Of a DNA stretch of 64,000 nucleotides, positions 38,082-46,991 are shown in pieces. The position numbers and the translations under genes are program-made. The stretch lies in NCBI GenBank assembly GCA_029565065.1, contig JAKQOW010000018.1:4043-68042 (forward strand). The letters run 5' to 3'. The notes under the pieces were generated by a model. It ran no database searches. It saw nothing but the letters and a program-made list of their open reading frames with translations, and was not told the DNA's origin. This DNA is from Acidobacteriota bacterium (GTDB lineage Bacteria; Acidobacteriota; JAAYUB01). Numbering within the stretch: the stretch's first letter is position 1; each line of letters starts with the position of its first letter.

Positions 38082-39481
38082 CCTGCTATCATGATTTTGT
38101 TTTTCGATTCTTCCTTCGCCGCATACATCGCCGCGTCGGCCTTCTGGAGCAACCCTTCCGCCGTCATGGAATGTTCGGGGAAAGATGCAATGCCGATGCT
38201 GACGGTGAGCCGAAGCTTGAGGTCCCGGCCGCCGCTGAACAGAAAATGCTCCACCCGTTGGCGCAGGCGCTCGGCAATGACCTGGGCGCCCTCGAGGGGA
38301 GTTTCCGGCAGGATGATTACGAACTCGTCGCCGCCGTACCGGACGATGACGTCCGAATCGCGAACCTGCTTCCCGAAAATCTGCCCAACCTCGCAGAGCG
38401 TGGCGCTGCCCACGAGGTGGCCATAAGTATCGTTGACGTTCTTGAAGTTGTCAATATCGATGAACAAGATGGACAGGTTCTTTTCGTACCGGAGGCTGCG
38501 CTGGATCTCAAATCCCAGAAACTGCCTCAGGTAGCGGAAATTGTACAGGCTGGTGAGATCGTCGGTGATGGTCAGGCGCTGGACGCGTTCATGATACACC
38601 AGGCTGTCGTAGATCAGATTGAACGGGTGGCTGAGGATCTGCATGTACTGCCGGTCGAATTCGGTGAAACCGCCCGGACTCTTCTTGTTGACCGCCAGGA
38701 ACAAGCCGTTGGAGTGGTTCAGGCTTTTGAACGGATATGCCAGCACCGAACGGATCATGCAGGCCGGTTGGTTGCCGTACGATTCGATCTCGTAATCGAA
38801 GGTGTTGTCCAGCATGGGATCGCCCTTCTGGAAGATGTCCTCGAGGATCACGTTGTTGAACTTGAAGTCCAGCAGCTTGTTTTCCTCGAAGATGTTCCGG
38901 ATGGCGTAGATCAGCTCGAGGAGCTTGCGCTCCTCATTGTAAATGTAGATCAGGAAATTCTCCGCATCCAGGATGCGGCACATCAGCAGTGCGAATTCCT
39001 TGAAAATTGTGTCCTTGTCCTGGTTCAGATTGAGGATGTCGAGGACTTCCTGAAATAACGTGATGATCTTGGTGTCATCGATTTGCTGCAAGGCCAGTTT
39101 TTTCTCAATTTCACGGAGCAGCGACGAGTTGTGGTTGTAGATGTATTCCACCAGGGAAGCGGTGATGGGGAGAAACACATGCAGTGAAAAATTGAGCTCC
39201 CGCGAAATCGCATTGTAGTCCGGATGAGGTTCGGTGGAATAAGAAACGAATTCCGCCAGTGGAAAGATGGTGCGGATCTCTTTGTAGAAAACGTTCTTGT
39301 CCCGCTTCAGCGGGAAGAACACCAGCTTACAGTAGGGATCTTCCTTGAGCAGGTTCTTGCGCAACCGGTCCAGCGAGACGAAGGACATTCGACCCTGCAG
39401 ATCGCCGCCGGCTCCCAAGTCGGGCACTTCCTGCTCGTAGACAAAACAGATTTCGCCGGCTGGCTTGCTGACGGATCGCAT
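38078..39481 (-). CDS. GAF-like sensor + GGDEF diguanylate cyclase (467 aa)
   Basis: C-terminal GGDEF domain with intact active-site RYGGDEF and upstream I-site-like RxxD. About 290-aa N-terminal sensor region. ATGA overlap with mreB start; 3-nt gap to the upstream FecR-like gene. Confidence 0.8.
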   Translation of the reverse strand: MRSVSKPAGEICFVYEQEVPDLGAGGDLQGRMSFVSLDRLRKNLLKEDPYCKLVFFPLKRDKNVFYKEIRTIFPLAEFVSYSTEPHPDYNAISRELNFSLHVFLPITASLVEYIYNHNSSLLREIEKKLALQQIDDTKIITLFQEVLDILNLNQDKDTIFKEFALLMCRILDAENFLIYIYNEERKLLELIYAIRNIFEENKLLDFKFNNVILEDIFQKGDPMLDNTFDYEIESYGNQPACMIRSVLAYPFKSLNHSNGLFLAVNKKSPGGFTEFDRQYMQILSHPFNLIYDSLVYHERVQRLTITDDLTSLYNFRYLRQFLGFEIQRSLRYEKNLSILFIDIDNFKNVNDTYGHLVGSATLCEVGQIFGKQVRDSDVIVRYGGDEFVIILPETPLEGAQVIAERLRQRVEHFLFSGGRDLKLRLTVSIGIASFPEHSMTAEGLLQKADAAMYAAKEESKNKIMIAG

Positions 39482-39484
39482 GGA

Positions 39485-40735
39485 TCAGTCCATCTTGATC
39501 GTTTTGTTGATCCGGCGCACCGCGCCGCTGTAATCCTTGATCACGATCTCCAATCGAGCTTCCGCCCCCCTGGCGAAGGGATCCGTGAAGTGTTTAAACG
39601 TGCCGTCCTTTTCCAGGATGACCATCCGGCCGTTGATGGTCAGGAGGTTGTCCGGATCGGTGCGGCCAATGACTTCCAGGATGTTGCCGATCACCACGAT
39701 CTCGGTCAGGTCAAAACGAATGGATTCGCTGGGATTGAGTTTCTGCGGCCGGATACCGAACATGCTTGTGGCACTGGGGTATCCTTCGACATTGTTACTA
39801 TCGATCGCCGTCACCCGCCAGTAGTAGTTGCCGTACGCCAATCCCGAGACGGTCAGCGAGTCTTTGCCGGTGACAACCCGCTCGAAGAGCTTCTGGTAAA
39901 ACTGGGGGTGGTTGGAAATGGCCACCCGGTAACTGTGGGTGGCGTTCACGACCTGCCACTGGAACCGGATGTTGACCCGCTCGGGATCCTTCGCGGAAAA
40001 GATCTCCGACGTGAGGGGCGCCAGTAGAATCGGCCCCGGAGGCAGCGTGCGTTTCTGCATCGCGCCGTCCTGGACGTTGACAGATTCGTTGCCGCGCACC
40101 ACCATCGAATCGCGCGTTTCTTTCGAGGTGACGGCCGCCTGCCCCTGGGAAACCTTCAGGCCGGTGTCCTTAAGGCGGTCGTCATACGTGGCGCTGGCTC
40201 GCGTGTTGGAACCGACGTCCGCAACCGTGTTGGCCGTCTCCACCTTCGTCCTGGATTGCGGCGTGTTCTTCTGATACGTGGACAAATCCAGCGCGCCGGT
40301 GGCCAATTCCACGTTCACGCTGCGGGTCAGATTGGAGGGGTTCTCGTAGCTTTCGAGGATCGAAACCAGCGAATTGGACTTGACTTCGTATATCGTCCCG
40401 TCGAAGAAGACCACCCGGCAACTGCTGTTGGCGCCCGTCCGGACAAGGTCGCCGGGATACAGGCGCTCCACCTTGTCGGCGGCAACCCACTCCAGCGAAT
40501 CCAGCGGTTTGACCTTGACATCGCCGTCCAGGTAGGTGAATTGGGCGGCGCGTTTTTCCAGCACCTCCGGTTGAGCGTCGGTGGATTTGCCGCCGACGGC
40601 GATGCCGTACTTGTTGATGAACCAGAGGCCTACGCCGAACACCACCGCCAGGACGACGATGATCCAGAACCGCAGCGTCCGGTAAGGGATCGTGGTCCAC
40701 TCAATATACTCGATGACCCGCCGCTCTTTGGGCAT
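39485..40735 (-). CDS. membrane-anchored FecR-domain-like protein (416 aa)
   Basis: Start re-set to ATG 40735 (MPKERRV...) downstream of a promoter. TM WIIVVLAVVFGVGLWF. GDLVRTGANSSCRVVFFDGTIYEVKSNSLVSI resembles FecR/anti-sigma sensing domain. The ORF-track TTG start at 40825 lies in the promoter. Confidence 0.45.
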   Translation of the reverse strand: MPKERRVIEYIEWTTIPYRTLRFWIIVVLAVVFGVGLWFINKYGIAVGGKSTDAQPEVLEKRAAQFTYLDGDVKVKPLDSLEWVAADKVERLYPGDLVRTGANSSCRVVFFDGTIYEVKSNSLVSILESYENPSNLTRSVNVELATGALDLSTYQKNTPQSRTKVETANTVADVGSNTRASATYDDRLKDTGLKVSQGQAAVTSKETRDSMVVRGNESVNVQDGAMQKRTLPPGPILLAPLTSEIFSAKDPERVNIRFQWQVVNATHSYRVAISNHPQFYQKLFERVVTGKDSLTVSGLAYGNYYWRVTAIDSNNVEGYPSATSMFGIRPQKLNPSESIRFDLTEIVVIGNILEVIGRTDPDNLLTINGRMVILEKDGTFKHFTDPFARGAEARLEIVIKDYSGAVRRINKTIKMD

Positions 40736-40783
40736 GGGAAATGTGCCGTTCAGCCCCTGTAAACTCTTTATCCGCCGGGAAAG

Positions 40784-40812
40784 ATCATATAGAATGAAAT
40801 AGTTGATTTCAA
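40784..40812 (-). promoter_or_regulatory. sigma-70 promoter for FecR-like/GGDEF/mreBCD-mrdA-rodA transcript
   Basis: Minus strand TTGAAA-17 nt-TATGAT in an AT-rich island (40740-40830) within an otherwise GC-rich region. Confidence 0.4.
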
Positions 40813-40866
40813 TATGATTTTTCAATCACGTCGGCGCAACAACTCGATGACGCATTCGAGGCGGAT

Positions 40867-41226
40867 ATGACCAATGGCGGACTCAACGAAGAGGATGTGC
40901 GGCCATGGGGCCGATTCATCGTGCTGGACGAAGGGCCAAACTTCAAGGTGAAGCGGATCGAGGTGGCTGCCGGCAAGCGGCTCAGCCTCCAGTCGCACCA
41001 GCACCGCCGTGAACAATGGACGGTCGTACAGGGAGAAGCCGTGGTGAGCATCGACGGCGCGGATCATCGGCTGGTTCCGGGTGACAGCACGTTCATCCCA
41101 CGGCAAGCCCGCCACCGGGTGGCCAATCCCGGGCCCGCGCCGCTGGTGTTCATCGAGGTCCAGACCGGCGACTATCTGGGCGAGGACGACATCACCCGTC
41201 ACCAGGACGATTTCGACCGAGCCTGA
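40867..41226 (+). CDS. stand-alone cupin, mannose-6-phosphate isomerase type II C-terminal-like
   Basis: 119 aa; RPWGRF..L......VKRI.V..G..LSLQSHQHRREQWTVVQGEA...IP...HR..N pattern of the ManC cupin domain. Confidence 0.55.
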   Translation: MTNGGLNEEDVRPWGRFIVLDEGPNFKVKRIEVAAGKRLSLQSHQHRREQWTVVQGEAVVSIDGADHRLVPGDSTFIPRQARHRVANPGPAPLVFIEVQTGDYLGEDDITRHQDDFDRA

Positions 41227-41462
41227 CCATTTGATCGCAGGGATTCGGCCATCCACCCGATCGCCCCGTCGGCTGCTCTCCTCCCGTACAACTTGGCAGA
41301 GCGACTCCTCAGTACTCGGCAATCCGGTCTGCAGTCTCCCACCACGCGATAGCCCGGCATGCGAGCACCCTGCCGGACATGGGTCAGCCGGTGGTGATTC
41401 ATCGAGCAGGTTTGTGGCGGCGTTGAATGAATCCTGTTGCGGAAGAGTGGCGGATTCCCCCG

Positions 41463-42314
41463 TCACCGGCCGGAAGGATGCAGGCGTTCCATGACGCGGC
41501 GGACGATCTCGTTGGTCCAATCGGGTTCTTCGGCCGGTTCAGCCTTGGGGGCGGGCGTTGCCGTTCCACCGCCCGGGGCAGTGGCCGGTTGCGCCAGATC
41601 GGTCATCAGGCGGTCCAGCCGGAAAGGGTCTTCGGCGGGCAGCGACTCGCGAACCCGGCACTCGGCAACTTCCCCGGTCAGCCCGTAGCCGGTCCGGATC
41701 TGGCGAAGCTTGTCCACCTGGTCGCGACTCAGGACGTTCACGGCGCCCAGCCCCCTGGCCAGGTAGAGAATATGCGCGAAATGCTCGATGGACTCCATCC
41801 GGTAGTACGCTTCGTAAATGGTGCGCCCCAGTGTCAGCGCGCCGTGATTCTGGAGCAGGAACGCGTCGTAGCCACTGAGATAAGGGCGGAGGGATTCCGG
41901 CACCTCCAGCGTGCTGGGTGTGCCGTAGGGTGCCAGCGGCACCGCTCCCAGGCTCACCACGATTTCGGGCAGCACGCAATGCGACAGCGGCATGCCGGCC
42001 ACCGCATGCGCCGTGCAGTATGGCGGATGCGCATGGAACACGGCGCGGATCTCCGGGCGCTGGTCGTAGACCAACAGGTGCATCTGAATTTCCGACGAAG
42101 GCCGGATGTCGCCCTCCAGCAGGCGTCCCTGTCGATCCACGCGGACAATCATATCCGGCGTCAGAAAGCCCTTGCTCTGCCCGGTGGCGGTGGCCAGAAT
42201 TTCCGTGTCGGAGATCCGGACGCTGATGTTGCCGTCGTTGGCAGCCACCCAGCCCCGCAGCCAGCAGCGGCGTCCCACTTCGATGATGTCCTTCTTCACA
42301 TCGTAAATGTTCAT
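41463..42314 (-). CDS. class II aldolase/adducin-family protein (fuculose-phosphate aldolase / MTRu-1-P dehydratase-like) with low-complexity C-terminal tail
   Basis: 283 aa; EIQMHLLVY...VFHAHPPYCTAHA metal-binding His pattern of class II aldolases. Confidence 0.65.
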   Translation of the reverse strand: MNIYDVKKDIIEVGRRCWLRGWVAANDGNISVRISDTEILATATGQSKGFLTPDMIVRVDRQGRLLEGDIRPSSEIQMHLLVYDQRPEIRAVFHAHPPYCTAHAVAGMPLSHCVLPEIVVSLGAVPLAPYGTPSTLEVPESLRPYLSGYDAFLLQNHGALTLGRTIYEAYYRMESIEHFAHILYLARGLGAVNVLSRDQVDKLRQIRTGYGLTGEVAECRVRESLPAEDPFRLDRLMTDLAQPATAPGGGTATPAPKAEPAEEPDWTNEIVRRVMERLHPSGR

Positions 42315-42479
42315 GCGTCTGGACCGCGCTCATTCTAAGCCGGGGCAGCCGGCAACACAAGTGCCATTGCGCAGCGAGCCCCCCGGCAAGTCCCCGAGAC
42401 GCCGGCCACACGCCATAGTGGCTGCGCTTTGCCCTGGTCCGGGTGGCGAGGGAAGGAATTGCTGACGACATGCAAATGC

Positions 42480-42509
42480 ATGACACGATCCGTGGGGTGC
42501 TGGTATAAT
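42480..42509 (+). promoter_or_regulatory. sigma-70-like promoter upstream of ECF sigma gene
   Basis: ATGACA-18 nt-TGgTATAAT (extended -10), about 33 nt upstream of ATG 42543. Confidence 0.35.
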
Positions 42510-42542
42510 GCCCTCTCTTAAACAACATACGGGTTCAGGATC

Positions 42543-43067
42543 ATGTCGGCCAATCTGCCCTCACACATCGACCTTACAAAATTGCGCGAAATATTTCTAG
42601 CGCTGGCTAAACGAAGGGTCCGCGATGAGCAGGATGCGGAAGAAATCGTGCAGGATGCGCTGATGACTGTCGTTGAAAAATCCGCTTCGCAAACCTTCGA
42701 AAAAAGCTTCCTCCAGTGGGCATTCGGCGTGCTGCGCAACAAGATCGGCAACTATTACCAGCAACGCGAGCGGCGCCATCGCACGACCGAAGAGATGACC
42801 GAGGACACGGAGCGGACGCTCCAGTCCGGTTTACCGGACCCGCTGTCAATGTCCACCGAGGCTGAACTTCGCAGCAAGATCCAGCGCTCCTGGCGGCAGC
42901 TCGGCGGCCAGTGCCGGCGGCTGTTGTGAATGCTGTACTCCGGGTATTCGCGTGAAGAGATCTTCGCCGAATTTCCCCAATATCATTTCAAGGTGGTCAA
43001 CACGAAGATCTTCCGCTGTCGGAATTACCTGCGCCGGCTGTTCCGCCAAGAGGGGTATTCACTATGA
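42543..43067 (+). pseudogene. ECF (group 4) sigma-70 factor interrupted by an in-frame TGA at 42927-42929
   Basis: Region 2 (EEIVQDALMTVVEK...FLQWAFGVLRNKIGNYY) is in ORF 42543..42929. Region 4.2 (YSGYSREEIFAEFPQYHFKVVNTKIFRCRNYLRRL) continues in the same frame right after the TGA (ATG 42930) up to TGA 43065-43067. An alignment-contiguous sigma factor is split by a single stop codon. Confidence 0.55.
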
Positions 43068-43810
43068 ACTGTCGTGACAGCCGAATCAAGCGGCTGCTGC
43101 CTCTCTACGAAGCCGGGCTGCTCAATCTCCAGGAAGCCGGCGAGGTGGAGACGCATCTCCTGTCGTGCCCCGGCTGTGCCGAGGAGATGTTTGCGATGCA
43201 GCCGGTGATAACCGCTATCCGGGGAATGGAAAGTCCGCTGGACTCGGTCGAGGAGCCCGGCTTCCTGGTGCGGTTTGTCTCGTTGCGCTGGGCCAGCGTG
43301 GCCACCGCGGCCGCATTGCTGGTGGTGGTCTGCACGTCCGCCTGGCTGTTGCTGCCCGGTTGGCTGTCCACGCCGCCCTACCCGCCGGCAGCCGATCTGG
43401 CGCGCTCCCTGCAGCATCTGGAGCAGATGGGCATGGACGACTATGCCAGCTTGACGCCGAGCGATTCCCGGTTCGTCACCGCGCTGGGCTTGTTTCGGCA
43501 AAACCGGGCCCGCGACGCGCTGGCGGCCGTGACACCCGCGCTGCCACCCGTCGGTCAGTCCTCGCCGGCCGTACACCTGGCCGCCCGGTGCCACCTGGCG
43601 CTGGATCGGCCGGAAGCCGCCCAGCGCCTGCTGGCGCAGCATCCGGTTTCGCCTGGCGACACCCGGTACCGGGATTACCTGTGGATCCGCGCCGTGGCCT
43701 CCCTGCGCCGCGGCCGGCATGACGCCGCCATCACCGATCTGGAGGAGCTGGCCCGCCATCCGGGCGCCAACCAGGCGGCATCCGCCGATCTGCTCGAGAA
43801 GGTGCGCTGA
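43064..43810 (+). CDS. zinc-finger (zf-HC2) anti-sigma factor with membrane anchor and TPR-like periplasmic region
   Basis: THLLSCPGCAEE = H-x3-C-x2-C ZAS motif at N-terminus; TM VATAAALLVVVCTSAWLLL; ATGA overlap with the sigma gene end. Confidence 0.6.
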   Translation: MNCRDSRIKRLLPLYEAGLLNLQEAGEVETHLLSCPGCAEEMFAMQPVITAIRGMESPLDSVEEPGFLVRFVSLRWASVATAAALLVVVCTSAWLLLPGWLSTPPYPPAADLARSLQHLEQMGMDDYASLTPSDSRFVTALGLFRQNRARDALAAVTPALPPVGQSSPAVHLAARCHLALDRPEAAQRLLAQHPVSPGDTRYRDYLWIRAVASLRRGRHDAAITDLEELARHPGANQAASADLLEKVR

Positions 43811-43828
43811 GCGCCTCGCCAGTTCCCT

Positions 43829-44356
43829 CTACACGCCCGGCCAAGACTCCCGATGCACTTTGTGCGGGTCGAATTTGTCTTTGATCACGCCGGCTTCCGC
43901 GGGGTGCCCCAGGGCCAGCAGGCTGTGGGGGACGATGGTGTCCGGCAGGTCCAGCACCGACGCGACGCCCCGCATGCGATCCTCGCGCGGATACACCCCC
44001 AGCCACACGCCCCCCAGTCCCAGGCTGTGGGCCGCGAGCAGTACGTTCTGAGCGGCAGCGGCGCAATCCACCACCCAATACGGTGGTCGCGTGTCATCGA
44101 CGCTGCGGTCCAGGTTGCCGCAGAGCAGCAGGGCCAGCGGTGCTTCAGGCAGCATCTTCCCGTTCGGAATGACCTCCGCCAGCTGACGTCGCCGATTTGC
44201 GGCGGTGATCACCACCAGCTCCCACGGCTGCATGTTCCGGGCCGATGGCGCCGCCATCGCAGCCCGCAGCAAGCACTCGAGCAGATCCTCTCCGACGGAT
44301 TCAGCAGTGAACCGGCGAATGCTCCGGCGCGTCAGGATGGCGTCATAACAATCCAT
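43829..44356 (-). CDS. nitroreductase-family protein (175 aa)
   Basis: ILTRRSIRRFT...PSARNMQPWEL canonical nitroreductase N-terminal motif; GGGAGGA RBS. Confidence 0.75.
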   Translation of the reverse strand: MDCYDAILTRRSIRRFTAESVGEDLLECLLRAAMAAPSARNMQPWELVVITAANRRRQLAEVIPNGKMLPEAPLALLLCGNLDRSVDDTRPPYWVVDCAAAAQNVLLAAHSLGLGGVWLGVYPREDRMRGVASVLDLPDTIVPHSLLALGHPAEAGVIKDKFDPHKVHRESWPGV

Positions 44357-44409
44357 CGAATATCCTCCCGGCGTGTCCGCCCCACCGCCGACCCCCGGAG
44401 GGGTGCCGT

Positions 44410-44438
44410 TTGCTTTTTCCCGGGGCTGGCCCTATAAT
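44410..44438 (+). promoter_or_regulatory. sigma-70 promoter of panB-panC-DUF2520 operon
   Basis: TTGCTT-17 nt-TATAAT; lies downstream of the ORF-track GTG start (44373), which argues for the TTG 44469 start. Confidence 0.4.
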
Positions 44439-44468
44439 ACAACCGTTTTTTCCCATCCGGAGAGGGTT

Positions 44469-45332
44469 TTGGCAAAGAAGCATACTGTTTGCACCATCCG
44501 CCAGAAGAAGTCCCGCGGCGAAAAGATCACCGCGCTGACCGCCTACGATTTCCCCACGGCCCGGATCGTTGACGACGCCGGGATGGATATCGTGCTGGTG
44601 GGCGATTCACTGGGCATGGTCGTGCAGGGGGAGTCATCCACTCTGCCGGTAGACATGGCGGCCATGCTCTACCACACGCGAATCGTCCGGCGAGCGGTCC
44701 GGTCCGCTCTGCTCGTGGCGGACCTGCCGTTCGGCGCCTACCAGGAATCGCCCATCCAAGCCGTCCACAACGCGATCCGCCTGGTAAAGGAAAGCGGCGC
44801 CGAGGGGGTCAAACTCGAGGGCGGGCGGCGGCGCCTGCCGGCCGTCACCGCCATCCTGGACGCCGAAATCCCGGTGATGGGCCATCTGGGCCTGACGCCC
44901 CAGTCATTCCACCGGTTGGGGGGATACCGGATCCAGGGGCGGACGGTGGCCGAAATCGAGAACCTGCTCGAGGACGCGCTGGCTCTGCAGACCGCCGGCT
45001 GTTTCGCGGTGGTGCTCGAAGGCATCCCGCATCCGGTGGCCGCGATCATCACCCGCCAGCTGGAAATCCCCACCATCGGCATCGGATCAGGCCCGGCCTG
45101 CGACGGCCAGATCCTCGTCCTCCATGACATGCTCGGACTGGGCGACACGCCGCCCTTCAAATTCGTTCGCAGTTATGCCCGATTGGCGGAGGAGATGATC
45201 CGCGCCGTGCAACGGTACGGCGCCGATGTCGTCAGCGGCTCTTTCCCGTCGATCGACGAGAGTTTTACGCTCGATCCCGAGGTTCAGCGCGAAGTGGAAG
45301 GCCGATATGGAACTCATCACCAAGATCAATAA
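44469..45332 (+). CDS. panB: 3-methyl-2-oxobutanoate hydroxymethyltransferase (ketopantoate hydroxymethyltransferase)
   Basis: KITALTAYDFPTARIVDDAGMDIVLVGDSLGMV... PanB signature. Start proposed at TTG 44469 after GGAGAGGG RBS and promoter; ORF-track start 44373 rejected. Confidence 0.75.
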   Translation: MAKKHTVCTIRQKKSRGEKITALTAYDFPTARIVDDAGMDIVLVGDSLGMVVQGESSTLPVDMAAMLYHTRIVRRAVRSALLVADLPFGAYQESPIQAVHNAIRLVKESGAEGVKLEGGRRRLPAVTAILDAEIPVMGHLGLTPQSFHRLGGYRIQGRTVAEIENLLEDALALQTAGCFAVVLEGIPHPVAAIITRQLEIPTIGIGSGPACDGQILVLHDMLGLGDTPPFKFVRSYARLAEEMIRAVQRYGADVVSGSFPSIDESFTLDPEVQREVEGRYGTHHQDQ

Positions 45333-46158
45333 ACTGAAGGCGGTCGTCCGCAAGGCCCGCGCGGCCGGCAGCCGGATCGGCTTCGTCCCCACCATGGGCG
45401 CCCTGCACGAGGGCCACCTGTCGCTGGTCAAAAAAGCCCGCGAGTGCGCCGACGTCGTCGTGGTGTCGATTTTTGTGAACCCGCTCCAGTTCAGTCCGTC
45501 CGAAGATTTCACCAAATACCCCCGAAACCTATCCCACGACGTCGAGTTGCTGACCCGGTACAAGGTGGATTTCGTCTTCGCCCCCGCCCCCGATGAGTTC
45601 TACGCCCGAGATTTTGAAACGCGGATCGAGGTCGACGACCTGTCCGGCAAACTGTGCGGCCAGTATCGACCCGGCCACTTCGCCGGGGTGACCACCGTGG
45701 TGGCCAAGCTGTTCACCCTCGTGGAGCCCCAGTACGCCTTCTTCGGCCAGAAGGATGCCCAGCAGGCCATCATCATCCGGCGGATGGTCGCCGACCTGAA
45801 GTTTCCCGTCGAGGTGAGTATCTGCCCCATCGTGCGCGAACCGGACGGCCTGGCCATGAGCTCCCGGAACGTCTATCTGAAGCCGGACCAGCGGCGCGCC
45901 GCCCCCGTCCTCTACCGGAGCCTGCGGCGGGCCGCCGCCCTGGTTCTCGCCGGCGAACGGCGAGCTGAAGTGATCCGGCGCGCTATCGAGGAGACGCTCG
46001 CAACCGAGCCTCTGGCCAAACCGCAGTACGTGGCGATCGTCGAAACCAACCGGCTGGAGCCGGTGTCCATGGTCAGCGAAAACACCTTGATCGCTCTGGC
46101 CGTTCATATCGGGGACACCCGCCTCATCGACAACATTCTGGTGTCAGCCCCCTCATGA
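45307..46158 (+). CDS. panC: pantoate--beta-alanine ligase
   Basis: IGFVPTMGALHEGHLSLV (HxGH), FSPSEDFTKYPR, KMSSS-like LAMSSRNVYL; overlaps panB 3' end by 26 nt. Confidence 0.85.
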   Translation: MELITKINKLKAVVRKARAAGSRIGFVPTMGALHEGHLSLVKKARECADVVVVSIFVNPLQFSPSEDFTKYPRNLSHDVELLTRYKVDFVFAPAPDEFYARDFETRIEVDDLSGKLCGQYRPGHFAGVTTVVAKLFTLVEPQYAFFGQKDAQQAIIIRRMVADLKFPVEVSICPIVREPDGLAMSSRNVYLKPDQRRAAPVLYRSLRRAAALVLAGERRAEVIRRAIEETLATEPLAKPQYVAIVETNRLEPVSMVSENTLIALAVHIGDTRLIDNILVSAPS

Positions 46159-46991
46159 CCGGATCCGCCCGTTCACCGGACGTCCCGCTGCTGATTGTCG
46201 GAGCCGGCCGCGTCGGTTTGAGTCTGGCTGCCGCTGCCCGCAGAGTCGGTGTGCCGGCTGAAGTCGTTGGTCCGGGGACCCGGCACCGCACGGTCACGGT
46301 TCGGGGCCGGCGCCTGGCTGTTCATGCCGCCAGTATTCGCTTCGCTTGCCATCAGCCGGCGCACCTGGTACTGGCGGTGCCGGACGATGAGTTGGCTGCG
46401 GTGGCGTCCGAATGGGCCGAGCAACTGCCGGCCGAGTGTGCCGGCGTCGCCCTGCATACATCCGGCGTCCACACCGCCGAGGTGCTGGAGCCGCTGCAGC
46501 ACCGCGGCTGGCCGACGGCTTCGTGGCATCCACTCCAGACATTTCCCAAACCGGATCCGTCCCGCTTTTCCGGCATCGTCGTGTGTGTGGAAGGCGCTCC
46601 GGCCGCCGTCCGAGCCGGCAACCGGTTGGCCCGCCGGCTGGGCGCCCGGCCCATCAACCTGCCACCTGCACTGAAAGCGTTGTATCACTGCCTGGCGACG
46701 ATCAGCTGCTCCCATGTGGCCGCCCAAATGCTGTTCTGTCACGGCGCGTTGGGGGATTTCCCCCCCGCAGTCCGAAAGCCGCTGGCGCGCAGCCTGCGCG
46801 CCTTGGCCGCGGCGACGGTGGCCGGCTTCTCAGACGAGAATCCCGCAGCCGGCATCACCGGTCCCGCCGCCCGTGGCGATCGCCTGACGGTGGCGCGCCA
46901 TCTGACGGCGCTACGCGAACACTTTCCGGAGTGGGTCTCCGTCTACCAGCTATTGGACGACTTCCTTCGCCGGCAGACCCGGCGCGACTGA
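46155..46991 (+). CDS. Rossmann-fold + DUF2520-like protein (candidate ketopantoate reductase)
   Basis: 278 aa; N-terminal LLIVGAGRVGLSLAAA dinucleotide-binding motif; C-terminal ProC/KPR-like helical domain; ATGA overlap with the panC stop. Confidence 0.5.
   Translation: MTGSARSPDVPLLIVGAGRVGLSLAAAARRVGVPAEVVGPGTRHRTVTVRGRRLAVHAASIRFACHQPAHLVLAVPDDELAAVASEWAEQLPAECAGVALHTSGVHTAEVLEPLQHRGWPTASWHPLQTFPKPDPSRFSGIVVCVEGAPAAVRAGNRLARRLGARPINLPPALKALYHCLATISCSHVAAQMLFCHGALGDFPPAVRKPLARSLRALAAATVAGFSDENPAAGITGPAARGDRLTVARHLTALREHFPEWVSVYQLLDDFLRRQTRRD

Noticed and set aside
42927-42929. TGA inside the ECF sigma gene as evidence of genome-wide stop-codon reassignment (TGA = Trp/Gly/Sec)
   Set aside because: Many well-supported genes in the window terminate with TGA (e.g. 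mazG, the FHA gene at 56018), and no SECIS-like structure is obvious. A single occurrence is better explained by pseudogenisation or sequence error.
44373-44468. ORF-track start of panB at 44373 (GTG)
   Set aside because: It lies 17 nt from the divergent nitroreductase start and upstream of a TTGCTT-17-TATAAT promoter. TTG 44469 with GGAGAGGG RBS fits better.
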